Shown here piece after piece: positions 1 through 20,112 of a DNA stretch of 64,000 nt. A model generated the notes under the pieces. It was not told the origin of the DNA, made no database searches, and saw only the letters and a program-made list of their open reading frames with translations. The DNA is from the human T2T-CHM13v2.0 reference genome, Homo sapiens. How positions within the stretch are numbered: the first letter of the stretch is position 1; every line of letters begins with the position of its first letter. The DNA lies in NCBI RefSeq assembly GCF_009914755.1, contig NC_060936.1. One strand, given 5' to 3'. A program made the position numbers and the translations under genes.

Positions 1-139
1 ATGCAGAGTATGAAAAACCTAGGCTTACAGAGTTTATTCTTTCCTGCCCAGGGAGTTGATTTTGGGGGTCATACAGCCTCTTTTGATTGTTATAGAAACC
101 CAAGTCATTTCCAGTTTTGAAACACTCATTATACTAAAA

Positions 140-3087
140 AATGAAGAAATGTCCAAACAAAACTATAAAGAAAGGTGAAATAATGTAAATATTTACATTT
201 AGTAAAATGAAACTTTGGAAATAAGGCTTTTGGAGACATATAAACACTGAAGGAATTCATTACCTGGAGATCAACACTGTAAGAAATCTTAGGGAGAGTC
301 CTCCAGGGAGAAGGAAAATGACACCAGATGGAAATCTGGATCTACACAAAGAAGTGAAGAGCCCCACACATGATACTTACAAAGGTAATTACAAAAGACT
401 TGGTATTCTTTTTAAAAATCTTTTTATTTTAATGATAATTGACTATTTAAAGAGAAAATAGTAATATATTTTGGGGTTTATGCCATATGACAACAATAAT
501 AGCACAAAGGCTGTTGGGATAAATGGAAGCATATTGTTGTAATATTTTTACATTATAAATAAAGTCTACTTGAAGGTAGACTCTAATAAGTTAAAGATAT
601 AAGCTATAAACCATAAAGCAGCCTCTAAAGTAACACAGATGTAGTTATACCTAATAACCCAACAAAGGAGATCAAATGGTATCACAAAAATACTCATACA
701 AAGATGCAGGAAAAACAGGAACAAGGGAACAAAGAATAGCTAAGACAAATAGAAAACAAAGAGTGAAATGAGAGTGAAAAACCTAAATGTCAACTAAATA
801 TCTCAATTAGAGGACAGAGATAACCAGATTTGATTTTTTAAAAAGAAGGAAACCTAACTGTATGCTGCCTCATAAGAAACCCACTTTAAATATAATACCA
901 CAAGGATATCAAAAGAAAAGTGATGGAAAAAGATATTCCGTGCTGACACTAATCAAAATAAAGTTGAAGTGACTTTATTAATATCAGAGGGAGTAGATTC
1001 AGGAGCAAAGAAAATTACCAAGGCTAAAGAAGGTCATCTCATAATGATAAAAGGGTCAATTCATAAAAAAAGCATCTGTGCATCTGACAAAATATATGTC
1101 ACAAAGACAGAGAACTAAGGAGAAATAGACAAAATCATAATTTTAGTTGCAGATTTAAATACCCCTTCAATAATTGATACAAGTAGACCAAAAATCAGTA
1201 AGTGAATAGAAGATTTGAAAAACACTATGAATCAACTTGACATAATTGAAATTTATGTAATTCTCCACCCAACAACAGTATAATACACATTCTTTTCAAG
1301 TATACATGGAATATTTTCTGAGAGAGACCACATTCTGGGCTATAAACCATGTCTCAATAAAATTTTTAAAATTCAAGTCATAAAAATATTTTATCTGATT
1401 ATTAAGCAATTAAATTATAAATCAATGGCAAAAAGATATCTGGAAAAATCTTCAAAATTTGGAAACTAACGTATATCTCAATAATTTAAAGATCAAAGAA
1501 GAAATCAAAAAGGAAAATTAGAAGGCATTTTGAACTAGATACAAATGGAAACAATATTTTGAAACTTGTGAGATGCAGCTAAGTCCCACAAATTTCCCAT
1601 CAATTTAGAGGGAAATGTATAGGATTAAATGTCTGCATAAGAAATTAAAGGTCTAAAGTCAGTGCTTCTACTGTAAGAAGCTAGCAAATTAAGATCCAAT
1701 AAAACCAAAGTAAGCAGAAGAAATAATAAATATAAAAATTATAATGGATATCATTGGAATAGAAAAAGAGAAATTAGTGAAATCAAAAGCTGATCCTTTG
1801 AGATGAATAAAACTGATAAATCTCTAATTAGACTGATCAGAAAAAAGAGATGGAGGGAGAGAGATGGATAGAGAAAGGAGACATGACATTTCCAGTGTCA
1901 AGATGAGAAAGGTGACTTTACTACAAATTGTATAGATATGAAAAAACTAATAAGGGAATTTTGAGAAAAGATTTATTTTAATAAATTTGAAAATGGATAA
2001 GAAATCAACATATTTCTTGAAAGATACAAACTACTAAAGCTCACTCAAGAAGAAATAGATAACTTGAATAGCCCTATTAAATATTTAAATTAAAGAAATA
2101 ATTTCTAGTTAAAACCTTTCTATAAAGAAAAATTTAGGCCCATATGGCTTTACTAATGACTTCCACATTTAAATAATAAATAATAAAAAATAAACAACAA
2201 CTTCTGGAATATTAGGAGGAAGGAATACTTCTCAATTAATTTTGTGATGCCAAGATTATTATGATGCCAAAAATCGGACTATGACATCATAAGAAAAAAC
2301 CAGAGAGCAATATCATTCATAAACATAGATGCAAAAATTTTAATAAAATTTTATCAAGCAAATTTCATGATATATAAAGAAGATAACACATTATAACTAA
2401 GTGGGGTTTACTCTAAGAATGCAACATTGGTTTAACATTCAAAAATTAATATTATATACCATATTAACAGAATAAAGAAGAAAAAATCTTAATATGTACA
2501 GAAAAAGCATTTGACAAAATCTAAAATCTATAATATTCCCAATGAGCAAATTTTGGCAAAGTGGGAATATAGGGAAACTTGTTCAACTTGACAAAGGAGA
2601 TCTATAAAAAAATCTATATCTATAGAAGTATATCTATAACATAATACTTCATAGTAAAAGACTGAAAGCAGTCTCTTTAGGATTTGGAACAAGGAAAGAA
2701 ATCTGCTCTCACCACTTCTATTAAACATTGTACTATAGATTCTAACCAGTACAATTAGGACAATAAAAGAGACAAAAGCCTTCCAGACTGGAAAGGAAAA
2801 ATTAAAACTGTGCTTATTCATAGACAACATGATCATCTATGTAGAATATTCATAAAACAACTTCCACTAGAACTAATATATGAGTTTAGCAAGGTTGCAG
2901 AATAGAAAATTCAACATACAAACTAGATGTAGATATTCAAATACTAGGAACAACCGAAACTTAAAATTAAAAGGGAAAAATACAATTTACAATAGCATCA
3001 AGAAATATTAAATGCTTAGGTATAAATCTAACGAAAGATGTGCAAGATTGTACATTGAAAACTATGAAATATAGCTTAAAGAAGCTA
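140..3087 (+). mobile_element. Old L1 (L1M/L1MD-like): ORF1 end to ORF2, heavily degenerate
   Basis: A-rich sense L1 ORF1-end, endonuclease and RT nucleotide motifs with many stops. The same element appears to resume at about 5711. Confidence 0.8.
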
Positions 3088-5710
3088 AGGGGGATATTAC
3101 TGCTGACCCCATAGAAATATAAATAACCATCAGAGATTATTATGAACACCTTTATGCACATAAACTAGAAAATCTAGAAGAAATGGATGAATTCCTGGAC
3201 ACATACACCCTCCCAAGACTGAACCAGGAAGAAATTGAATCCCTGAACAGACCAATAATGATCTCCAAAATCGAGTCAGTAATAAATAGCCTACCAACTT
3301 TAAAAAGCCCAGGACCAGGTAGAATCACAGCTGAATTCTACCAGAGATACAAAGAAGAGCTGGTACCAAGAAAACTATTCCAAAAAATTGAGGAGGAGGG
3401 ACTCCTCTCCAATCATTCTATAAAGCCAGCATCATCCTGATAGCAAAACCTGGAGGACACAGTATAAAAAAAAAAAGAAAGAAAGAAAACTTCAGGCCAA
3501 TATCCTTGATGAACATCAGTGCAAAAACTCTCAACAAAATAACTGGTAAACATAATCCAGCAGCATATCAAAAAGCTTAACCACCATGATCAAGTAGGCT
3601 TCATCCCTGAGATACAAGGTTGGTTCAACATATACAATTCAACAAATGTGACTCATCACGTAAACAGAACTAAAGACAAAAAGCACGTGATTATCTCAAT
3701 AGATGCAGAAAAGGCTTTCTTTATAAAATTCAACCCCCTTTCATGTTAAAAACTCTCAACAAACTAGGTATTGAAGGAACATACCTCAAAATAATAAGAG
3801 CCATCTATAACAAACCCACAGCTAACATCATACTGAATAGCCAAAAGCTAGAAGCATTCCCCTTGAAAACAGGCACAAGGATACCCTCTCTCACCACTCT
3901 ATTCAACGTAGTATTGGAAGTCCTGATAAGAGCAATCAGGAAAGAGAAAGAAATAAAGGGCATCCAAATAGGTAGAGAGGAAGTCAAACGATCTTTGTTT
4001 GCAGATGACATAATCCTATATTTAGAAAACCCTATAGTCTTGGCCCAAAAGCTCCTTCAGCTGATAATTTCAGCAATGTTTCAGAATACAAAATCAATGT
4101 GCAAAAATCAGTAGCATTTCTATACACCAATAACAGCCAACCTGAGAGCCAAATGAGGAACACAATCCCATTCACAATTGCCACAAAAAGAATGAAATAC
4201 CTAGGAATACAGCTAACCAGGGAGGTGAAAGATCTCTACAATGTGAATTACAAAATACTGCTCAAAGAAATCAGAGATGACACCAACAAATGGAAAAACA
4301 TTCCATGGTCATGGATAGGAAGAATCAATATTATTATGGCCATACTGCCTAAAGTAATTTACAGATTCATTGCTATTCCTATTAAACTTCCAATGACATT
4401 CTTCACAGAATAGAAAAAATGGTTTTAAAATATATGTGGAACCAAAAAAGTGCCCATATAGCCAGGGCAATCCTAAGCAAAAAGAATAAAGCTGGAGGCA
4501 TCACATTACCCAATTTTGAACTATACTACAGGACTATAGTAACCAAAGCAGCTTGGTACTGGTACAAAAACAGACACATAAACCAATAGAACAGAATAGA
4601 GAACTCAAAAATAAGGCCACACACCTACAACTATCTGATCTTCAACAAAGCTGACAAAAACAAGCAATGAGGAAAAAACTGTCTATTCAATAATGGTGCT
4701 GGGACAACTGGCTAGTCATATGCAGAAGATTGAAACTGAACCCCTCCCTTACATATACAAAAATTACCTCAAGATTTATTAAAGACTTAAATGTAAAACC
4801 CAAAACTATAAAAGCCTTGTATTACAACCTACACAATACCATTCTGGACATAGGAACCGGGCAATGATTTCATGACAAAAATGCCAAAAGCAATTGCAAT
4901 CAAAGCAAAAATTGACAAATGGGATCTAATTAAACTAAAGAGCTTCTGTACCACAAAAGAAACTATCAACAGAGTAAACAGACAACTGACAGAATGGGAG
5001 AAAATATTTGCAAACTATGCATCTGACAAACGTCTAATGCAGTATCTGTAAGGAACTTAAACAAATTTACAAGAAAACAAACAATCCCATTAAAAAGTGG
5101 GCAAGGGACATGAACAGACATGTCTCAAAAGAAGACATACATGCAGCCAAGAATTATATGAAAAAAAGCTGAACATCACTGATCATTAGAGAAATGTGAA
5201 TAAAAACCACAATGAGACACCATCTTACACCAGACAGAATGACTATTATTAAAAAGTCAAAACATAACTGATGCTGGCAAGGTTGTGGAGAAAAAGGAAT
5301 GCTTATTCACTATTGGTGGGAGTGTAAATTCATTCAACCACTCTGGAAGAAAGTGTGGCAATTACTCAAAGACCTAAAAACAGAAATACCATTCAACCTA
5401 GCAATCTCATTACTGGGTATATAACCAAAGGAATATAAATTGTTCTAGTGTAAAGACATATGCATGCATATGTTCATTGCATCACTATTCAAAATAACAA
5501 AGACATGAAATCAACCTAAACACCCATCGATGATAGACTGGATAAAGAAAATGTGGTACATACACACCATGATACTATGCAGCCATAAAAAAAGAACTAG
5601 ATCATGTCCTTTGCAGTAACATAAATGGAACTAGAAGCCATTATCCTTAGCAAACTAACACAGGAACAGAAAACCAAATTCCACATGTTCTCACTTACAA
5701 GTGGGAGCCA
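3088..5710 (+). mobile_element. Older primate L1 (L1PA/L1PB-type) ORF2 fragment, truncated at both ends
   Basis: ORF fragments [17 protein letters not shown] and [14 protein letters not shown] are L1 ORF2. It ends abruptly at CACTTACAAGTGGGAGC with no 3'UTR or poly(A). Confidence 0.9.
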
Positions 5711-6114
5711 ATGTGCAGGACTAATTGAATATCAACAAGGGAGAACTTCTATCTATGATATGTTTCACACCACTTCAAAAATTAATTCAAAATGAATAAT
5801 AGAACTAAAAGTAAAGCCTAAAAATTCTGAAATTATGAAACTTCTAAAAGAAAACCTTAGAAAAACACTTGGCGACCTTGGGATAGGCAAAGATTTCTAA
5901 AAGGAAAAATTGATATATTGAACTTTATCGAAATTAAAGATTTTCATCTTCCTAAAAAACAGAGAGAAACAATTGCAATTCACATATATGATTAAGGAAT
6001 TGAATCCAGAATAAACAAACACCCAAAACTTAATCTATTATTATAATACAAGAAACCCAATTATAAAATGGATAAAATATTTGTTCAGACATTTCATCAA
6101 AGATATATGGCTTG

Positions 6115-6410
<296 letters not shown>

Positions 6411-6830
6411 GATACATGACTTGCAAATGAAAAGATGCTTAACACGATTCGTTATTGCGGAAATGCAAATTAAAACCATGAGACAACACTACACACCTAT
6501 TAGGATATTTAAAATTAGAAATAATGTCCATACCAAATTCTGGTAAAAATATAGAGCAACTTGAAATCTCATACACTGGTAGTAGGAATGTAAAATGGTA
6601 CTGCAACTTTAGAAAACAGTTTGACAGTATATTAATTTTTTAAATATACAACCCCTACCATATGTCCCAGCCATTCCACTCCTATTTACCCAAAAGAAAC
6701 AAAGCATATATCCATACAAAAATTTGTGAATGGATGTTCATAGCCACTTTATTTGTAATAGCCCCAAACTGAAAATAACCAAAATGTCCATCAACAGGTA
6801 AATGGAAAAACAAATGGTAGTATATGTATA

Positions 6831-7281
6831 TGTAGTGATGTGAACGGTACCCCTCCCCAACAGATGTTCACTCAGAACCTGTAAATGTGACTTTATTTGG
6901 GAAAATGGTCTTTGCAAATATAACTAAGTTAAGGATATCAAGATAAGATCATCCTAGATTAGGATGAGACCTAAGTCTAATGACAAGAGTCTTTAGAAGA
7001 GAAGGGAAAAGACACATCAGAAGAGAAGGTGATGGGAAGACAGAGGTAGAGACTGAAATAAGGCATTACAAACAAACGAACTACACAGATTGTCTGCAGC
7101 CAGTAAAAGCTAAAAGAGAAGCTTGGAACCCATTCTCCCTGAAAGCCTTTAGAAGAAACGAACCCTGTCGACACCTTGATTTCAGACTTCTGGCCAACAG
7201 AACTGTGAGGGAATACATTTTTGTTGTTAAAGCCACCAATTTTGTGGCAATTTGTTATGGCAGCCCTATGAAATGAATACA
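6831..7281 (+). mobile_element. MaLR solo LTR (MLT1C-like)
   Basis: TGTAGTG...GAATACA termini; MLT1 motifs AGAACCTGTAAATGTGAC and GACTTCTGGCC..AGAACTGTGAG. Confidence 0.8.
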
Positions 7282-7857
7282 CCACATGATGGAATACTAC
7301 TCAGCAATGAAAATGAATGAAATGAATGCTGTACATAATAACAGGAATCTCAAAATAATTATTCTGAATGAAAGAACCTGTACCATAAAAAGTACACAAT
7401 GTATAATTTTATTTAAATAAAATTCTAGAAAATACATAACATTCTATTAATAGAATAAGGGAAAGAAAATCCATGGTTGCTTCAGGATGGGAGGGTCAGA
7501 ATGGCAGAGAGGGCTAAGATGACAGATTACCAAGGGGCCCAAGGAAACTTTTGAATTCATGGATATTTTCATTATCTTGTTTCTGTTGATAATTTCATGG
7601 GTGTATACGCATGCCCAAAATTAACAAGTATGTGTCTTTTATTGCATGTCAATTATACCTCAATAAAGTTCTTGAAAATATAGTCTAAATTTAGTCTTTT
7701 GTTGGGGGGCCATGTAACAACTTAGCTATTTTAGATGATATCATGGCAGCAGAGGGGTGCCTCTCCTCTGTAGGATGCCCTTGTATCCTCATCACTGGCC
7801 TGGATAATAATGCGATGGCTTCCCACCCACGGGAAATGTCACTATGTAGTATTTATT

Positions 7858-8336
7858 GGCTCATTTATTCTACATACATTTGAGTTCCTTCTATTTTTCA
7901 AATATAGTTCTTGGTAGTGTAAATACAATCGATAATGATTAAGACAAAAGCCCTCATGAAGCTTACATTCCATGAGATGAATCAGACAAACAAAACTATT
8001 AGGTATTTATAATGTCCAGTGGGGATTTAAAAAATACAAATCAGAGTAAAGGGCAAGTGGTGGCAGCTGCTGCTTTAGAGAGGGGTTATAAGAAGATCTC
8101 TCTGAGGATATGTCATTTGAGTGAGGGAGCCAAAACCTTGAGACAGAAGTGCACATCTGGCACACCGGAGGGAAAGGAAGCTAGTGTGACTAAAGCAGAA
8201 TGGACAGGTGGAGTGGGCAGGAATGATGTCCAAGGGGTAGGCCTGGACATGGAAGGACTGTGTGCTTTGTCCTAAGCATGATGCAGAGGGAACACAGGGT
8301 TTTGAGGAAGGCTGTGATGTGATCTATATGTGTTTT
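7858..8336 (-). mobile_element. L2 fragment (continues at 12113-12400)
   Basis: L2 motif GCCCTCATGAAGCTTACATTC; the two halves join across the 8338-12111 insertion. Confidence 0.7.
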
Positions 8337-8617
8337 ATGTATTTGTTTATTTATTTATTTTACAAGAGACACATTTTATGTATAAAGATACAGATGGATC
8401 GAAAGTACAAGGACCAAAAAAGATACCATGCAAACACTAACTACAACAATAAAGCTGTTATGGTTATATTAATATCAGACAAAGCAGTCACTTTTTTTTC
8501 AACTTTTATTTTAGATACAGGGGATACATGTGCAGGTTGGTTACATGGGTATATTTCATTCAGGTAGTGAGCTTAGTACCCAATAGGTAGTTTTCCAGCC
8601 CACAAGCACCTCTGTCT

Positions 8618-9695
8618 TATAGGGGGAACCAGCCCCCAATATTTCAATGTAACAGTTCTTTTTTATTTTCCCTAAGTGTCGGCCTGTCTGAGAAATAAAG
8701 AGAAAGAGTACAAAAGAAAGAAATTTTACATCTGGGTCTCCGGGGGTGACATCACATGTCGGCAGGTTCCATGATGCCTGAGCCACAAAACCAGCAAGTT
8801 TTTATTAGCGATTTTCAAAGGTGTGGGAGTGTATGAATAGGCTGTGGGTCACAGAGATCACATGCTTCAAAGGCAATAAAATATCACAAGGCAAATGGGG
8901 GCAGAGCAAGATCACAAGGTCAGGGCAAAATTAGAATTACTAATGAGGTTTCATGTCCTGCTGAGCTCACATTGTCATTGATAAACATCTTAACAGGAAA
9001 CAGGGTTCAAGAGCAGACAACCAGTCTGACTAGAATTCGCCAGGCTGGAATTTCCTAATCCTAGCAAGCCTGGGGGCGCTGCAGGAGACCAGGGAGTATT
9101 TCATCCTTTATCTACAACTGCATAAGATGGACACTCCCAGAGCGGCCATTTTAGGGACTCCCCCTGGGAATGCCTTCGTTTTCCCAGAGTTATTCCTTGC
9201 TGAGAAAAGAATTCCGCGATATTTCCTATTCACTTTCTGAAAGAAGAGAAATATGACTCGGTTCTTCCCGGCCCCGCAGACAGTCAGACTTTACGGTTAT
9301 CTCCCTTGTTCCCTGAAAATTGCTGTTATCCTGTTCTTTTAGGATGCCCAGATTTCATATTATTCAAGCACACATGTTTTACAAACAATTTGCCCAGATA
9401 ACAAAATCATCACAGGGTCCTGAGGCAACATACATCCTCATCTTATGAAGATGATGGGATTAAGAGATTAAAGTAAAGACAGGCATAGGAAATTATAAGA
9501 GTATTGATTGGGGAAGTGATAAGTGTCCATGAAATCTTCACAATTTATGTTCAGAGATTGCAGTAAAGACAGGTGTAAGAAATTACAAAAGTATTAATTT
9601 GGGGAACTAACAAATGTCCATGAAATCTTCACAATTTATGTTCTGCTGTGGTTTCAGCCAGTCCCTCTGTTTGGGGTCCCTGACTTCCCACAACA
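8618..9695 (-). mobile_element. MER11 (HERV-K11/HML-8) solo LTR
   Basis: Reverse complement starts TGTTGTGGGAAGTCAGGGACCCC; length 1078 bp; 6-bp TSD CTGTCT at 8612-8617 and 9696-9701. Confidence 0.9.
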
Positions 9696-10636
9696 CTGTC
9701 TCTTCCCACTCTAGTTGTCCCCAACATCTGTCATTCCCATGTTTATGTTCCTGAATGCCCAAAGTTTCACTCCCACAGGTGAGAACATGAAGTATTTGAT
9801 TTTCTGTTCCTGCATTAATTTCCTTAGGATTATGGCCTCCATCTCCAACCACGTTGCTGCAAAGGACATGACTTTATTCATTTTTATGGCTACATGCTAT
9901 TCCACGGTGTCTATGTACCACATTTTCTTTATCCAGTCTAACCATTGATGAGCACCTAGGTTGATTCCATGTCTTTACTACTCTGAATAGTGCAGCGATG
10001 AACATATGCATGCATGTTTCTTTTTGGTAGAATGATTTATTTTCCTTTGGGTAGATACCCAGTAATGGAACTGGTGGATCAAATGTATTTCTGTTTTAAG
10101 TTCTTTGAGAAATCTCCAAACTGCTTTCCACAGTGGCTGAACTAATTTACATTCCCACCAACAATGTAGAAGTGTTGTCTTTTCTCCGCAGCCTCACCAA
10201 CATCTGTTATTTTTTTACTTTTTGGTAATAGCCATTCCAACTGGTGGAAGATGGTATCTCATTGTGATTTTGATCTGCATTTCTCTGATGAGCATTTTCT
10301 CATATGTTTACTTGTGTGTGTTCTTTCGAGAAGTGTCTGTTCATGTCCTTTGCCCATTTTTCATGGGGTAGCTTTTTGCTTGTTGATTTAAGTTCCTTAT
10401 AGAGTCTTGATATTAGATCTTTGTCAGATGCATAGTTTGCAAATATTTTCTCCCATTCTGTAGGTAGTCTGTTTACTGATGGCTTCTTTGGCTGTGCAGA
10501 ATCTCTTTAGTTTAATTAGGTCCCACTGGTCCATTTTTTTTTGTTTTTGTTGCAATTGCTTTTGGGGACTTAGCCAAAAATTCTTTGCCAAGGTTGATGT
10601 CAACAAGGGCATTTCCTAGGTTTTCTTCTAGAATTT

Positions 10637-11302
10637 GTTTTCAATTTTTATGTTTATTTATTCTTTTTTAATTTTTTAAAATTTTGTGGGTGCATATTAG
10701 ATATATATACTTATGGCGTACATGGGATGTTTTGATACAGGCATGCAATGTGAAATAAGCACATCATGGATAATGGAGTATCCATCCCCAGAAGCATTTA
10801 TCTTTCAAGTTACAAATAATGCAATTACACTCTTTAAATTATTTTTAAATGTACAATTAAGTTATTTTTATTATAGTCACCCTGTTGTGCTATCAAATAG
10901 TAGGTCTTATTCATTCTTTTTATTTTTTTGTACCCATTAACCATCCTCATCTCCCCCCAACAGCCCCCACTACACTTCCCAGCCCCTCCTCCATGAGTTC
11001 TATTGTTTTGATTTTTAGATCCCACAAATAAGTGAGAACATGCAATGTTTGTCTTTCTGTGCCTGGCTTATTTCACTTAACATAATAAACTCCAGTTCCA
11101 TTCATGTTGTTGCAAGTGACTGGATCTCATTATTTTTATGGCTGATGAGTACTCCATTGTGTATATGCACCACATTTTCTTTATCCATCCATCTGCTGAT
11201 GGACATTTAGGTTGCTTCCAAATCTTAGTAAACAGTGCTGGAACCAACATAGGAGTGCAGATATCTCTTCTATATACTGATTTCCTTTCTTTGGGGCATA
11301 TT
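10637..11302 (-). mobile_element. L1MA (L1MA2-like) 3' fragment nested in the L1PA
   Basis: L1MA 3'UTR motif TTTTGATACAGGCATGCAATGTGAAATAAGCACATC; TSD TTCTAGAATTT (10626-10636) / TTCTAGGATTT (11303-11313). Confidence 0.8.
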
Positions 11303-12511
11303 TTCTAGGATTTTTATAGGTTGAAGTCTTGCATTTAAAACTTTAATCCATCTTCAGTTAGTTTTTGTGTATGGTGAAAGGTAAGGGTCTGGTTTCATTC
11401 TTCTGCATATGGCTAGCCAGTTATCCCAGCACCATTTATTGAAAAGAAAGTCCTTTCCCCATTGCTTGTTTTTCTTGGTCTTGTCAAAGATCAGATATTT
11501 TTAAGTGTAAGGCTTTATTTCAGAAGTTTCTATTCTGTTCCATTTGTCTATGTGTCTGTTTTTGTGTCGATACCATGCTGTTTTGGTTACTATAGCTTTA
11601 TAGGATAGTTTGAAGTCAGGTAGTGTGATGTCTCTGGCTTTGTTCTTTTTACTTGGGGCTACTTTTGCTATTCAGGCTATTTTTTGGTTCCATGTGAATT
11701 CAGAGTAGTTTTTTTCTAATTCTGTGATGGATGACATTGGTAATTTGATAGAAATAGTGTTGAATCTGTAAGCCACTTTGGGGAATATGACCGTTTTAAT
11801 AATATTGATCTTACAATTCATGAACATGGGATGTTTTTCCACTTATTTGTGCCATCTCTGGTTTCTTTGAGCAGTGATTTGTAGTTCTCCTTGTAGAAAT
11901 TTTTCACCTCTCCTTGGTTAGCTGTATTCCTAGGTATTTCATTTTCTTTGTGGCTATTGTAAATGGGGTTGTGTTCTTGATTTATTCTCAGCTTGAATAC
12001 TATTGGTGTATAGAAATGCTACTAGTTTTGTATATTGATTTTGTATCCTGAAATCTTACTAAAACTGTTTATCAGCTCTATTAACCTTTTGGCAGAGTCT
12101 TTAGGGTTTTCTGCATTTTAAAATGAGCATTCTGGCTGCTGCAGGAAGATAAGAATGATCTAGTTAGGAGGCTTTGACAACAGTCCGTGAGATATATACT
12201 ATGGCGTGGCCTAGAGATGATGAGAAGTGATCAGATTTAGGATACACTGTAAAGGTACAGCCAATACATCTATCTGATGTAAAATAGAAAAATAGAGGAA
12301 GTAGTCATTATTCTAAGGTTTTGGAGCAACTGGGTGAATGATAGCACAATTTAATGTGATGGGAGATAATAGATTTTGGGTGTGTTTGGAATTAAGAATT
12401 TACTTTCGGAGAACCCAGCAGAGCTGGTTGAGCTTTCAAATGTGCGGTTGTGGGTTCGGGGTTTATTGGTTGAATTCCGCTGGCTCAGGAGCCTCTGCAG
12501 AGAAAGCGTGA

Positions 12512-13228
<717 letters not shown>

Positions 13229-14101
13229 TAAGAAACTGAAGATGAGGGAGAAGACGATGCCTAAGTGGAATAATCTATTTTGAAAAATTCCTTTTGTGAT
13301 TTTACTGTTTTTAGCCGTATCCCCTCCCCCACTCCAATCCTGCCCCCTGAAACTTATTTTTTTCTGATTGTAACGTTGCTGTGGGAGCAAGAGAGGAAAA
13401 GTGTACTGGGGGTTGTGAGGGAAGGGAGGGGAGGAGGGGGTGGAATAAAATACTATTTTTACTGCCACTCTTTATTTTTTCCCCCTACTTTTTCCTTGTG
13501 TCCAGTTTTTGTCCCTGTAAATGCAATAGTTAAGTACACACTAAGCATTTGTTCCTGGCTCTCAAAGAAGATGGTTTGGAGTTCTCTTATGTTTCCTGGT
13601 ATTTTCCAAGTCTCAGGTTGGGTGGAAGTCCGCGGCTGGTCTCAGTTTGGTTACTCAACACCCAGAAGGGTCTGAGCACCAGCCATAGCTTTTGCTTTGA
13701 TTCACATGCTTTTCGCGGAACTGCTAGAGGCATCCAACACCCTGGTTTGTAAATAGCAACCTAAAGGTGTATTTTGGCACTGGTTTGGGGACATTCCCCA
13801 TCTCTCATCCCTTTTCCCCCTTCACAGATCGTGGTGGGCTTCCTTCTACAAAGAGGACTCAGATGTTACTCTTGAGAGCTTAAGAGCCAGAGAGCTGAAA
13901 ATGGCAGTCTTGTGAGTTACAAGGAAAATGGATTTGGTAATAATAATTAAAAGTGAAGAAACAAACCCTCAAACTTCAACTTCTTTACAAGAAAAAAAAA
14001 CTGTCCTATCTTGTTCTGTAAAATATTAGAATGCTTTGTTTTACAAAAATGATGAGAGAATTCTTCTACATGTATTTCTGTGCTTAGAACAATTTTATGG
14101 A

Positions 14102-19391
<5,290 letters not shown>

Positions 19392-20112
19392 AGAACATTT
19401 TTAGGGACCTAAGTGCTGGAGGCGTTGCTACATGTCAGCTGGGTTTTGTTTTGTTTTTCTTTTTCATACACCCGAGCACGGAAAAACTAATGCAAAATTT
19501 TATTTTCTTACCTAGTGGAAATCTGAAATGATTGCAATTCCTAGTGAATGTACAGTTGCTTTTGTGTCCCTCTCTGGTTGCTTCATAAGTGACATGTAAT
19601 TTCTGAACCCATGTTTCATCTGTATAAAAGAACATCTGCACCCATTTTTCTCCTGCCCCTCAGACGAGCCAAACTTTGAGTTTCATGTCTGTTTGTCATT
19701 GATAAGTTTCAATAGATCTTTTCATACAATTTTTTGGGGGATGGCTTCTTTAAGTCCAACAGGCCATTGATCTTTTCAAGATGGATTCCAGATGAACTGC
19801 TAGGTGAGGGAGAAGCTTCATTTTTGTTACCTGATAGAATAGCTTTTCTTATTTTATATATATATATAATGTAACACTAGGTTTGGATACTTTCGGTCTT
19901 AAAGCAAGACCCTGGTATATCTTCATTAAAAGCTTCATTTAAAAAAGTTATAAAGTTACCAAAAACACAAATATCCAAACAATCAAGTTGGGCCAACCTT
20001 GGAACCTTGTTTTGAATATCTTTCAGTGTTTTGTTTGTTGTATTGTAAAAAGAATGTATGGTTGAAACTCAGGAATGTATAAAACAAATTGTTTCACAAA
20101 AAAATTACTTTT

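Larger units (their letters stand above)
8491..12111 (-). mobile_element. 5'-truncated L1 (L1PA15/16-like), split by MER11 and an L1MA fragment
   Basis: Poly-T plus CAACTTTTATTTTAGATACAGGGG 3' end; antisense ORF2 sequence to 12111. Confidence 0.85.

Noticed and set aside
9474-9643. ~80-bp imperfect direct repeat
   Set aside because: As I recall, it is an intrinsic part of the MER11 LTR.
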